A stretch of DNA of 63,054 nt, the filler included. It is 5 parts of 5 records of this genome, joined end to end, with 100 filler letters (N's around TTAATTAATTAA, not from the genome) between each part and the next. Parts side by side here need not be neighbours in the genome. Positions count along the whole stretch, not along the records: positions 13,028 to 29,472 come from SRR20825006_2577; 4 more parts are not named here. One strand, 5' to 3'. Positions 18,950 to 28,175 of this stretch are shown piece by piece. Every line of letters starts with the position of its first letter. Positions within the stretch are counted from its first letter, which is position 1. The notes under the pieces are model-generated. The model had not been told where the DNA came from. It saw nothing but the letters and a program-made list of their open reading frames with translations, and searched no databases. The translations under genes and the position numbers were made by a program.

Positions 18950-19618
18950 ATGAAAAAGAATATTTTATCGCTTTCATTGATTGCATGTTTAACAGTTTTT
19001 ACTGCATGTAAAAATGAAAAAAAGAACGAAACTACTACAGGAGAAGCAGAAGCTGCTAAAGAAGTAACTGCTGCTGCCGTTAAGTATAAAGCGGTTCCTG
19101 CGGAAAGTACAATTAACTGGAAAGGTGCTAAACCAACAGGAGAGCACACTGGTACAATTGCAATTGAATCTGGAGTTGTTTCATTAAAAGATGGAAAAGT
19201 AGACAGTGGAAACTTTTTAATCGACATGAACTCTATTACCGTAACAGACCTTGAAGGCGACCAAAAAGCAAATTTAGAAGCGCATTTAAAAGGAACTGTT
19301 GAAGGAAAAGAAGATCATTTCTTTAACACAAAAGAACATCCAACTGCTTATTTTGAAGTAACTGGAACTGAAACTAAAGAAGGTAAAACTTACCTACAAG
19401 GAAATTTAGCAATTAAAGGAACTAAAAAGAACATCTCTTTCCCTATAAGTGTTACTGAAAATGGAGATTCTGTAACAGTAACTAGTGAAACGTTTACTAT
19501 TGACAGAACAGAATGGAATGTAAATTACGGTTCTAAATCTGTTTTTGATAATTTAGGAGACAAATTTGTAAATGATGAGATTGAATTAACTGTAACAGTA
19601 AAAGCAAATAAAGCTTAA
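18950..19618 (+). CDS. YceI-family lipid/polyisoprenoid-binding lipoprotein
   Basis: Lipobox FTAC; STINWKG, HTGTI, LEAHLKG...FF, IDRTEWNVNYGS. Confidence 0.88.
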   Translation: MKKNILSLSLIACLTVFTACKNEKKNETTTGEAEAAKEVTAAAVKYKAVPAESTINWKGAKPTGEHTGTIAIESGVVSLKDGKVDSGNFLIDMNSITVTDLEGDQKANLEAHLKGTVEGKEDHFFNTKEHPTAYFEVTGTETKEGKTYLQGNLAIKGTKKNISFPISVTENGDSVTVTSETFTIDRTEWNVNYGSKSVFDNLGDKFVNDEIELTVTVKANKA

Positions 19619-19645
19619 TTCACTACAAATTTTAATAGAAATTAT

Positions 19646-20581
19646 TTAGGCCAATTCTTCATGGAATTGGCTTTTTTCGTTTAAAACATCTTTTAATGCT
19701 AAAGAGATGTTAGAATACGAAAAATTGTATCCAGAAGCCTCTATTTTTTTAGAACTCACACGCTGACTAGCATATAAAAGGTACGCCATATCACCTAAAA
19801 TAAATTTCATAACCCCCATGGGGATATTTGGTAAAATAATAGGTTTTCTATAAACGTCTGCTATTTCATGTGTTAATTTATTATTCGTTACAGGGTTTGG
19901 TGCTACCCCATTAAAAACTCCTTCTAACTGATTTTCTATTACATGCAAGTATATTTTTGCTATGTCGGTAATATGTACCCAACTTTGCCACTGCTCCCCA
20001 TTGCCAAAAACTGTACCGCCATAATAACGAATTGGTTTTGCCATTTTAGGCAACGCTCCTCCGTGAGAAGATAATACTAAACCAGTCCTTATTTTTGCTA
20101 CAGAAAACTCATGCTTTTTTAATTTATCAGCTTCACTTTCCCATTTTTCTACAACATGACCAAGAAAAGAGTTATCTACCCCTGTATTGTCCTCCAAATA
20201 ATAATTTGTGTAGGAATTAGGATAAATTCCAATTGCGGAAGCAGATACAAAAGATTGTATAGAATGGTTTACTTTTGAAATGGAATTATCTAGTAATTGA
20301 AGAGATTTTACGCGACTGTTAAGAATTTTCTTCTTATTTATTTTATTCCAGCGTTTGGAAATACTTACACCAGATAAATTTATAACAGCATCAACATCTT
20401 TAAAACATGCTAAGTCTATTCTTCCTTTAGCTGGATTCCAATAAAAACCTTTGTAGTTATTTTGATCTTCAATTTTTTCTTTACTTGTAGATAAATAATG
20501 TACAGTATAATTCCTGTTGTGACATATTCTCACAATCTCCTCCCCAATCAAACCAGTAGCTCCTGCAATTAAAATCTTCAT
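19646..20581 (-). CDS. TIGR01777-family NAD-dependent epimerase/oxidoreductase
   Basis: GATGLIG Rossmann motif, SASAIGIY, GEQWQSWVHI, FNGVAPNPVTN. Confidence 0.88.
   Translation of the reverse strand: MKILIAGATGLIGEEIVRICHNRNYTVHYLSTSKEKIEDQNNYKGFYWNPAKGRIDLACFKDVDAVINLSGVSISKRWNKINKKKILNSRVKSLQLLDNSISKVNHSIQSFVSASAIGIYPNSYTNYYLEDNTGVDNSFLGHVVEKWESEADKLKKHEFSVAKIRTGLVLSSHGGALPKMAKPIRYYGGTVFGNGEQWQSWVHITDIAKIYLHVIENQLEGVFNGVAPNPVTNNKLTHEIADVYRKPIILPNIPMGVMKFILGDMAYLLYASQRVSSKKIEASGYNFSYSNISLALKDVLNEKSQFHEELA
19648..19677 (+). terminator. Rho-independent terminator of yceI, lying in the 3' end of the convergent gene
   Basis: gccaattc-ttcatg-gaattggc followed by T6. Confidence 0.65.
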
Positions 20582-20690
20582 AATTAAATTTTTATTGTCT
20601 AAAAATAGGGATTTAATTTCTCTTAATGAGAAGCATTAATTTAGCTTTAACAATCTAATTACAAGTATTTAACGTTATTGAAGAAAATTC

Positions 20691-21368
20691 CTATCCTTTT
20701 TTAACAGCTCTTAACATTTCTCGCTTTCCTGGAGGCCCTGGTAATCTTTCTACTTCAAACCCCACTTCTTGCATGGCTCTTCTTACACTGCCTTTAGCTG
20801 CATAAGTTACCAACACCCCATTAGCCTTTAAAGCATTGTACATTTTCTGAAAGATAGAAACTTCCCAGAGTTCTGGTTGGACTCTAGCCCCAAAAGCATC
20901 AAAATAAATCAGATTAAAAGTGTTTATATTTTCAATCTCATCAAAAAACTGTTTTCTTTTTTTAAGCTGAAAATTTTCAGAAATAAATTGATAAGTCTCC
21001 CACTCAGATTCATGCATCTGCAAAAAAATACTTTGCTTATCTAAAACTTTTAACTCTTCTACATAATTTAGCAACTTTACCTCTTCCATAGAAACAGGAT
21101 AAGCTTCTACACCATCATACTTAACTTTCAGCTCCAAATTCTCTGCTTCAATAAAGGTTATAAAAGCATTCAAACCAGTTCCAAATCCAATTTCCAAAAT
21201 AGAAAGCTCCTCTATTTTATTATTTTTCAGAAAAGGAAAAAAACCACTCTTAAGAAACACATGGTAGGCCTCTTGAATAGCTCCATGTTTAGAATGGTAA
21301 TGCTCATCTAAATCTTTAATATAAATTGTAGAAGAACCATCTGAAGTTTGTATTATTTCTCTCTTCAA
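20691..21368 (-). CDS. mnmD: tRNA mnm5s2U34 methyltransferase (MnmC methyltransferase-domain protein)
   Basis: HYHSKHGAIQEA, LEIGFGTGLN, YFDAFG, PGPPGKREM. Confidence 0.85.
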   Translation of the reverse strand: MKREIIQTSDGSSTIYIKDLDEHYHSKHGAIQEAYHVFLKSGFFPFLKNNKIEELSILEIGFGTGLNAFITFIEAENLELKVKYDGVEAYPVSMEEVKLLNYVEELKVLDKQSIFLQMHESEWETYQFISENFQLKKRKQFFDEIENINTFNLIYFDAFGARVQPELWEVSIFQKMYNALKANGVLVTYAAKGSVRRAMQEVGFEVERLPGPPGKREMLRAVKKG

Positions 21369-21370
21369 AA

Positions 21371-21862
21371 CTATTTTTTTAGCAATACCCCATTAGCTTC
21401 AAAAGAATACGTTTTAGAAGGAGTGGTTATTTTTTCTATTTCACTTTCGGTAGCTCCTCCATCTTCTGCATAGTGTTTTTGATCTTCTACAGACATCATA
21501 TCTACATATGCCTTACCGCTCAAAACCACTTCTTTTCCAGTAATATCTTTAGGAACAAAAAAACTATAATCCTTAAATTTTACCATTGCTTCTTCTCCAT
21601 TTTCCAAATCTAGTTTCATCCAACATCCTTTGGCTTTACAAACATCGGTAACTTTAGCCTTAAATGTCATTACAGATGTATCTCCTACTTTTAAGCTCTG
21701 ATATTCGGCTTGAGTTTTCTGAGCAGAAATTATTTTTTCTACGGAAATTGTATCTCCATATATATTATAATTAACTGCTATTTCTTTTTTCTGATGCTCA
21801 CTTTTTGCATTACAAGAACACAGTATGAGTCCAATTCCTATGGCTAAAAATTTAATTTTCAT
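21371..21862 (-). CDS. DUF4920-like lipoprotein
   Basis: Lipobox LCSC; VCKAKGCWM, VKFKDYSFFVPKD. Confidence 0.75.
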   Translation of the reverse strand: MKIKFLAIGIGLILCSCNAKSEHQKKEIAVNYNIYGDTISVEKIISAQKTQAEYQSLKVGDTSVMTFKAKVTDVCKAKGCWMKLDLENGEEAMVKFKDYSFFVPKDITGKEVVLSGKAYVDMMSVEDQKHYAEDGGATESEIEKITTPSKTYSFEANGVLLKK

Positions 21863-22143
21863 ATCTTATAGTATTTAATACACTCTCTTGGAGTAAGATT
21901 AAATTGTCTCAAAAAAAGAAAAATTATAACATTCCTACTAAGTATAGAAACATTAATTCTAGATTATTGAGCAAAAACTGTCTACAAAATAACTTATTTT
22001 TGTATTAAATAATCTGATTTTTGCTAGAATATTTTCTAATTTAGCAAAACGCAATAACCTGTAAGGTTTTTAGAACAATAAAATTAATCTTAAGAAGCAA
22101 AAATCTTAAGGGTTTCACCCAAAAAGGGGATTAAAGTTGAGTT

Positions 22144-23211
22144 ATGAGCAAGGAAACTATTACGAATATCAAAATTGAAAAAGCTAGTACTTCAAAAATA
22201 AACGAAGTAGATTTTAGCAACTTAGCGTTTGGAAATGTTTTTACAGATCATATGTTTGTCTGTGATTATGAAAATGGAGCATGGCAAGAGCCACAAATTA
22301 CTCCTTATCAAAAAATATCTCTAGATCCTTCTGCACGTGTATTTCATTACGGGCAAGCAGTTTTTGAAGGGATGAAAGCATATAAAGATGAGCAAGATGA
22401 TATTTGGTTGTTTAGACCAAAAGAAAATTTTGAGCGTATCAATAAATCTGCGGCTAGATTAGCAATGCCAGAGTTTCCTGAAGATTTTTTCTTTGAAGGA
22501 CTTAATACCTTATTAAAACTTGAAAAAGATTGGATTAAAAAAGGGTTTGGCAATAGCTTATATATCCGCCCTTTTGTAATTGCTACAGAATCTGGAGTTT
22601 CAGCATCTCCTGCCAATAAATATAAATTCATGATTATTTGTTCGCCTGCACAATCGTATTATGGTGGAGAAGTTCGTGTTAAAATAGCAGACCATTATAG
22701 TAGAGCAGCTAGCGGAGGTTTTGGATTTGCAAAAGCTGCTGGGAATTATGCTGGTCAGTTTTACCCAACAAGTATTGCAAATAAAGAAGGTTTTCAGCAA
22801 ATTATATGGACCGATGCTAATACACATGAGTATTTAGAGGAAGCTGGAACCATGAACATCTTTTTTAGAATTGGAGACAAATTAATTACTTGCCCAATTA
22901 GCGACCGAATTTTGGATGGAGTGACTAGAAAAAGTGTGATAGCAATGGCTAAAGACTTGGATATAGATGTAGATATAAGACCTATAAAAGTTACCGAAGT
23001 AATTGAAGCAGCAAACAATGGTTCTTTAAAAGAAATTTTTGGAAGTGGAACTGCTGCTGTTATAAACCCTATTGCTGGTTTTGGATTTAAAGGAGACACT
23101 TGGGAACTTCCAAAAATAGAAAATTCCTTTGCTTCTAAAATCAAACAAGCTATCATGGATATTCAATATAATATTTCCGAAGATAAGTTTGGTTGGCGAG
23201 TAAAAGTATAA
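22144..23211 (+). CDS. ilvE: Branched-chain amino acid aminotransferase
   Basis: HYGQAVFEGMKAY, AKAAGNYA, EEAGTMNIF, ILDGVTRKS, GSGTAAVI. Confidence 0.93.
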   Translation: MSKETITNIKIEKASTSKINEVDFSNLAFGNVFTDHMFVCDYENGAWQEPQITPYQKISLDPSARVFHYGQAVFEGMKAYKDEQDDIWLFRPKENFERINKSAARLAMPEFPEDFFFEGLNTLLKLEKDWIKKGFGNSLYIRPFVIATESGVSASPANKYKFMIICSPAQSYYGGEVRVKIADHYSRAASGGFGFAKAAGNYAGQFYPTSIANKEGFQQIIWTDANTHEYLEEAGTMNIFFRIGDKLITCPISDRILDGVTRKSVIAMAKDLDIDVDIRPIKVTEVIEAANNGSLKEIFGSGTAAVINPIAGFGFKGDTWELPKIENSFASKIKQAIMDIQYNISEDKFGWRVKV

Positions 23212-23234
23212 GCATAAAATTATCATACTTAGTT

Positions 23235-23276
23235 GGAGACTGTTTAAAAATTAATTTTTAAACAGCCTCCTTTTTT
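23235..23276 (+). terminator. Rho-independent terminator after ilvE
   Basis: ggagactgtttaaaaatt/aatttttaaacagcctcc long stem followed by T6. Confidence 0.75.
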
Positions 23277-23426
23277 ATAGTACATCAGCCCAAAACAAGC
23301 TAAAAACAATTCCTCAAAAAACACTCTAAAGAAATTTAAAAAGGCATCTTTTTTTAAAAACTATTAAACTTGCAATAAACTTAGAATAGGTGATAGAATA
23401 ATCAAATCTCGATTATGAAGTAGCCC

Positions 23427-23813
23427 TTATTTATTTATTATTTTTTTAATATCTGGTTTAAAATAATTAGGACCTTTTAATACCTTTCCATCTTCTCTAT
23501 AAATTGGTTTTCCATCTGCTCCTAATTTACTCATATTACTCAACTGTATTTCATTAAAAACATCTTCAATAATGTGTTGCATCCCATGTTCCAGAATAGT
23601 TCCACATAGTATATAAAGCATATCTCCTAGTGCATCTGCAACCTCCACTATATCATTATTTGTTGCGGCTTCTAAGTATTCATCATTTTCCTCAGCCATT
23701 AAATTGTGTCTTAAAACAATTTTAGAGGCTTCTAATTTTGCTATTGGAAAGTTAGCCACTCCCAATCCAAATGCGTTATGAAATTCTTCAACAGATTTTA
23801 ATTTATTTTTCAT
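23427..23813 (-). CDS. MazG-like nucleoside triphosphate pyrophosphohydrolase
   Basis: EENDEYLEA, EVADALGDMLY, SNMSKLG, DGKVLKGPNY. Confidence 0.85.
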   Translation of the reverse strand: MKNKLKSVEEFHNAFGLGVANFPIAKLEASKIVLRHNLMAEENDEYLEAATNNDIVEVADALGDMLYILCGTILEHGMQHIIEDVFNEIQLSNMSKLGADGKPIYREDGKVLKGPNYFKPDIKKIINK

Positions 23814-24004
23814 CTAAAATATTTTGTTTTTTATATTATGAAAGTAATTTATAGATAGCTTTTGATATAGAACCCATCTTAACTTTTTTTATCTGCTACG
23901 AAATAGTCTTTTTATCCTCTAATTTTATAATTTTTGTTCAAACACAAAAAGTCATGATGAGTTCATAGCTAATTTGACTAATTTTGCTAAAAATAAAAAA
24001 TAAT

Positions 24005-24193
24005 ATGTTCAGTAACGGTCAATTAGTTTTTGCAGGCTTATTTGCAATTGCTTTTATAATAATAATGATTATTAGCTATAAAAAAGATAATAAAACTCAT
24101 AAAAAACAATATAAAGGTACAATTTGGGTTCTTATTGGCTTTATCATTTTCTTAACTAGCCTAATAATTATTAAGTTTTTAACAAAAAACTAA
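24005..24193 (+). CDS. Small two-TM membrane protein
   Basis: MFSNGQLVFA...; two hydrophobic segments; TAATTTTG promoter box at 23979-23986. Confidence 0.65.
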   Translation: MFSNGQLVFAGLFAIAFIIIMIISYKKDNKTHKKQYKGTIWVLIGFIIFLTSLIIIKFLTKN

Positions 24194-24306
24194 CCTTAAA
24201 TAGACAATAACCTCATATTTGACTACATTACGTTAATTTTTCAACACAATATGAGAATTTATCTTATATTTTTCTTAAATTTGCTCTAAAGCAATCAACT
24301 TAAGCA

Positions 24307-24498
24307 ATGATGATTTTCTTTACAATCTTATTTAGTCTGTTAATAATTAATGTGGTGTTATTATTATTCAGCGTTAACAAACTTCCAAAAGCAACTACAA
24401 AAACAACTGCTATTTACAATCAGCAGTATAAAGATGTAACTGCTAAAAAAGAAGTTGCTAACAAAGAATATGACGTAGTTTTGAAAGAAGCCATATAA
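24307..24498 (+). CDS. Small single-TM hypothetical protein
   Basis: Hydrophobic N-terminus ending LLLFSVN; TAAATTTG promoter box at 24276-24283. Confidence 0.55.
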   Translation: MMIFFTILFSLLIINVVLLLFSVNKLPKATTKTTAIYNQQYKDVTAKKEVANKEYDVVLKEAI

Positions 24499-24593
24499 AC
24501 CATTTTCTATTATTTACATTCATTGTGTTTAAATATTCTTAATACGAATGTACATTTTTTGTACCTTAGGTTTATTATACATAAAGCATTCCT

Positions 24594-25658
24594 ATGAGAA
24601 TTTTAAAGTACCTTATATTCTTATTTTTAATTGTAGCAATTGGTTTATCTATCTATGTAGCCATCCAACCCGATGATTACAAAATAGTTAAAACCCGAAT
24701 AATTAATGCTCCAAAACCAGTAATTTACGAGTATGTAAATAACTTGGAGAATTGGAATAAATGGTCTGTTTGGTTTGACCATGATCCGCAGATGGTAATT
24801 GATTATGGCGCTACAACAAAAGGAGAAAATGCTTCTTTTAAATGGAATAGCAATATTTTAGGTAAAGGCACCATTACTACAACCTATATTTCTAAAGATT
24901 CCATCCGTCAACGTTTAGATTTTATCAAACCAAAAGAGACTATTGCACATCGTTTTTGGTCGTTTGTTGAGACCACTAGTCAAAATGGAGTATTAGTAAC
25001 TTCTGGAATTGAAGGAAAACTCAGCTTCACTGATAAGTTTATAATTTTGTTTCAGAATAGTATGGAACACAGTTTTGATGTGGACTTTAACAACGGACTT
25101 ATTAAATTAGACAGTGTTATTAGAGCGGATATGAAAAAATACACCATTTCTACTATTGGTAAAACCGAATATGGAGGAGGTTATTATTTATATCAAACCA
25201 CAAGTGCTAGAATAAATGAAACGAATATAGCTTCTGAAAAGATGTTCCAGGAAATTGAAGCCTTTATGGAACAAAACTATTTACATCCTTCTGGAGATGA
25301 GTTCACTTTATATCAACAAACAGACACTTTAAACAATTCTGTTATTTTTTATGCAGGTGTTCCTATTAAAGAAAAAGTAATTACACCTGTTGGCAGTACA
25401 ATTCTTTGTGGCTTTATTCCCTCTGGAAGTTATTTTAAAACTGTAATGAAAGGGGATTATATTAATATGAATGAAGCTTGGAGTAAAACAAGAGAAGCTA
25501 TTAAAAATAATAATTTCGAAGTAGATCCTCAAAGGGATTCTTTTGAGAGTTACGTTGTTACAGAAGACGAAACAGCAAACCCAGCAGCGTTAATTTCTGA
25601 AATATACATCCCAATTAAAGAAAAAGTAGAAATTTATCCTGATACTATTGAGAACTAA
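24594..25658 (+). CDS. SRPBCC + GyrI-like effector-binding domain protein
   Basis: N-terminal anchor, INAPKPVIYEYVNNLENWNKWS (SRPBCC); C-terminal GyrI-like KGDY...W and EIYIPI. Confidence 0.75.
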   Translation: MRILKYLIFLFLIVAIGLSIYVAIQPDDYKIVKTRIINAPKPVIYEYVNNLENWNKWSVWFDHDPQMVIDYGATTKGENASFKWNSNILGKGTITTTYISKDSIRQRLDFIKPKETIAHRFWSFVETTSQNGVLVTSGIEGKLSFTDKFIILFQNSMEHSFDVDFNNGLIKLDSVIRADMKKYTISTIGKTEYGGGYYLYQTTSARINETNIASEKMFQEIEAFMEQNYLHPSGDEFTLYQQTDTLNNSVIFYAGVPIKEKVITPVGSTILCGFIPSGSYFKTVMKGDYINMNEAWSKTREAIKNNNFEVDPQRDSFESYVVTEDETANPAALISEIYIPIKEKVEIYPDTIEN

Positions 25659-25671
25659 AAAATAGTTTGAA

Positions 25672-26043
25672 ATGAAACAGTTGATTTTAGTTTTTATTGG
25701 TGGAGGCTTAGGGAGTTCCCTCCGCTATTTAATTAGTAAATTTCTAAATTCGTCTGAAACAGGAATTCCGTATGATACTTTTGCAGCAAACATTATAGGT
25801 AGCCTATTTATAGGAGTTATTTTAGGATTTGCAGTAAAATATGAATCGCTTAACAACAATCAACTTTTATTTATTACTACTGGATTTTGCGGAGGTCTTA
25901 CCACTTTCTCCACATTTGCATATGAAAATCATGTGTTCTTAAAATCTGGAGATTTTCTTAATTTTCTTTTATATACTACAATTACATTTGTTACAGGAAT
26001 AATAGCTGTGTTTATAGGTATTTTCTTAGTCAAATTCATATAA
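25672..26043 (+). CDS. crcB: Fluoride channel Fluc/CrcB
   Basis: GGGLGSSLRY, ANIIGS, TGFCGGLTTFSTF. Confidence 0.92.
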   Translation: MKQLILVFIGGGLGSSLRYLISKFLNSSETGIPYDTFAANIIGSLFIGVILGFAVKYESLNNNQLLFITTGFCGGLTTFSTFAYENHVFLKSGDFLNFLLYTTITFVTGIIAVFIGIFLVKFI

Positions 26044-26310
26044 GTTAACTCCTACAGATATTTTCTTTATAATTTATAGTTCATACACAAAAGTGTAGCA
26101 CTTTTCTATTACTTAATTCTTCCTTATAAAACATTTATAGGCAGCTTTTCTTTTTAAAAGGATTTTTCAACCTATACACTTCAGCTTAAAACTTTAAATA
26201 AAAAACTATTCAATTTGAATTAACCTGTCATGATATTCTCATATAAAAAATCTCTTCCTACATTATAATTTTCATCCTTTGATATTTAAAAAATATACAT
26301 TTTAAATACT

Positions 26311-26372
26311 TACCCCTAATTTTAAAGGGGTATATTTTAATAATTTAATAAAAATTACAAACTACCCCCCTA
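26311..26372. promoter_or_regulatory. Palindromic operator-like site upstream of P-II-amt
   Basis: TACCCCT-AATTTTAA-AGGGGTA at 26311-26332 plus half-site TACCCCCCTA at 26363-26372 in an otherwise very AT-rich intergenic region. Confidence 0.6.
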
Positions 26373-26428
26373 TTTTTTTTCTGATAACAATTATTTAACA
26401 TAGTTTTAAGCAAACAAATCATTTAAAT

Positions 26429-26767
26429 ATGAAGAAAATTGAAGCCATTATTCGTAAATCAAAATTTGATGACGTACGAGATGCGTTACATCAAGTAGAA
26501 GTGAACTTTTTTAGTTACTGGGATGTTACGGGAGTAGGTAACGAGAAAAAAGGCCATGTGTATCGTGGTGTAAGTTACAGTACTGCCGATATCCAAAGAC
26601 GGTATTTGTCAATCATTGTTTCAGATGAATTTGCTGAACGTACGATTGAAGCCATCCTTAAATCAGCATATTCAGGAAATGTTGGTGACGGTAAAATAAT
26701 AGTATCTCCTGTAGAAGAAGCCTACCGAATTAGAACGAGGGAAAAAGGCAAAGAATCATTAAAGTAA
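26429..26767 (+). CDS. glnK: P-II nitrogen regulatory protein
   Basis: 112 aa; MKKIEAIIR, T-loop YRGVSY, GNVGDGKI, RIRTRE; linked to amt (glnK by convention). Confidence 0.88.
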   Translation: MKKIEAIIRKSKFDDVRDALHQVEVNFFSYWDVTGVGNEKKGHVYRGVSYSTADIQRRYLSIIVSDEFAERTIEAILKSAYSGNVGDGKIIVSPVEEAYRIRTREKGKESLK

Positions 26768-26797
26768 ACCAACTAAACTAATTTAAAAAAACTTTTT

Positions 26798-28027
26798 ATG
26801 GAAACAAACGTTATAGAAGTGAACGCAGTTCTAGATATAATGTGGATAATGATCGCGGGGATTCTCGTGTTTTTTATGCAATCAGGTTTTACACTTGTGG
26901 AGTCTGGTTTCACAAGATCTAAAAATGTAATCAATATAGTAATGAAAAACTTTGTGGATCTCGCTGTAGGTTCTTTAGCTTTTTGGTTTATTGGTTACAC
27001 ATTAATGTATGGAGAATCTATCAGTAGTTTTATTGGTACTCCTTCATTATTTTACAATGTGCGAGAAGACATGCACAACTTATTCTTTCAAACAGTATTT
27101 TGCGCAACAGCAGCTACCATAGTTTCTGGAGCCGTAGCAGAAAGAACAAAGTTTACTACCTATGTTATTTTTTCGCTAATTATGACAACATTAATCTATC
27201 CAATATCTGGCCACTGGGTATGGCAAGGTGACGGATGGTTAACAAAACTTGGATTTATAGACTTTGCAGGTTCTACAGTAGTACATTCCGTTGGAGGATG
27301 GGCTGCATTAGTTGGAGCAATTTTAGTAGGTCCAAGAATAGGAAAATACACAGAAGGAAAATCGAATGCTATCCCAGGACACAATATGATGTTTGGAGCA
27401 TTAGGAGTATTTATCCTTTGGTTAGGATGGTTCGGTTTTAATGCTGGATCTGAGCTAGCAATTAGCGGAGAAAGCTCTTTCAACGCTGCTGGCATTATTA
27501 TTACTACAAACCTTGCCGCTGCTGCTGGTGCAGTAACTGCTTTAGCGCTTACATGGATACGCTACGGAAAACCAGAAGTATCTATGACTCTTAACGGTGC
27601 TTTGGCTGGTTTAGTTGGAATTACTGCTGGATGTGCTGCTGTAAGCCCTGGAGGTGCAGCCATTATAGGAATCCTTTCTGGATTAACAGTGGTATTCTCT
27701 ATTGAATTTATCGACAAAACTCTAAAAATTGATGATCCTGTTGGAGCAATTTCTGTACATGGAGTTTGTGGAGCTTTAGGAACTTTATTAGTTGGTGTTT
27801 TTGCTACTGATGGAGGACTTCTTTACGGAGGAGGATTTAGTCAACTTGGAATTCAAGCTATTGGAGTTGTAGGAATCGGTGTATGGGCATTAGTTACATC
27901 GTTCATTGTATTATTTATCCTGAAAAAAACATTGGGATTAAGAGTTACAAAAGAAGAAGAAATAGAAGGATTGGATATGCACGAACATGATGGTGCAGCT
28001 TATCCAGACTTCACTATAGATCGTTAG
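26798..28027 (+). CDS. amtB: Ammonium transporter
   Basis: FFMQSGF, DFAGSTVVH, WFGFN, DDPVGAISVHG (both conserved His present). Confidence 0.95.
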   Translation: METNVIEVNAVLDIMWIMIAGILVFFMQSGFTLVESGFTRSKNVINIVMKNFVDLAVGSLAFWFIGYTLMYGESISSFIGTPSLFYNVREDMHNLFFQTVFCATAATIVSGAVAERTKFTTYVIFSLIMTTLIYPISGHWVWQGDGWLTKLGFIDFAGSTVVHSVGGWAALVGAILVGPRIGKYTEGKSNAIPGHNMMFGALGVFILWLGWFGFNAGSELAISGESSFNAAGIIITTNLAAAAGAVTALALTWIRYGKPEVSMTLNGALAGLVGITAGCAAVSPGGAAIIGILSGLTVVFSIEFIDKTLKIDDPVGAISVHGVCGALGTLLVGVFATDGGLLYGGGFSQLGIQAIGVVGIGVWALVTSFIVLFILKKTLGLRVTKEEEIEGLDMHEHDGAAYPDFTIDR

Positions 28028-28046
28028 TTAGTTAGTTTTTATTTTA

Positions 28047-28104
28047 AAGGGTAAAAAAGAACGGAGCGGTATTTGGCGGTACGCTCCGTTCGGTAACCCA
28101 CTTT
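28047..28104 (+). promoter_or_regulatory. GC-rich intercistronic RNA structure between amt and porin
   Basis: gaacggagcg-13nt-cgctccgttc perfect 10-bp stem, flanked by aagggt...acccactt. Confidence 0.55.
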
Positions 28105-28175
28105 TGTAAAAATTAATATTCTAATTATCTGACCAATTCATTAATAAACCAAACAACAAATTAACTTTTAATATT

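Noticed and set aside
25659-25671. Fluoride riboswitch before crcB
   Set aside because: Only 13 bp intergenic; no motif.
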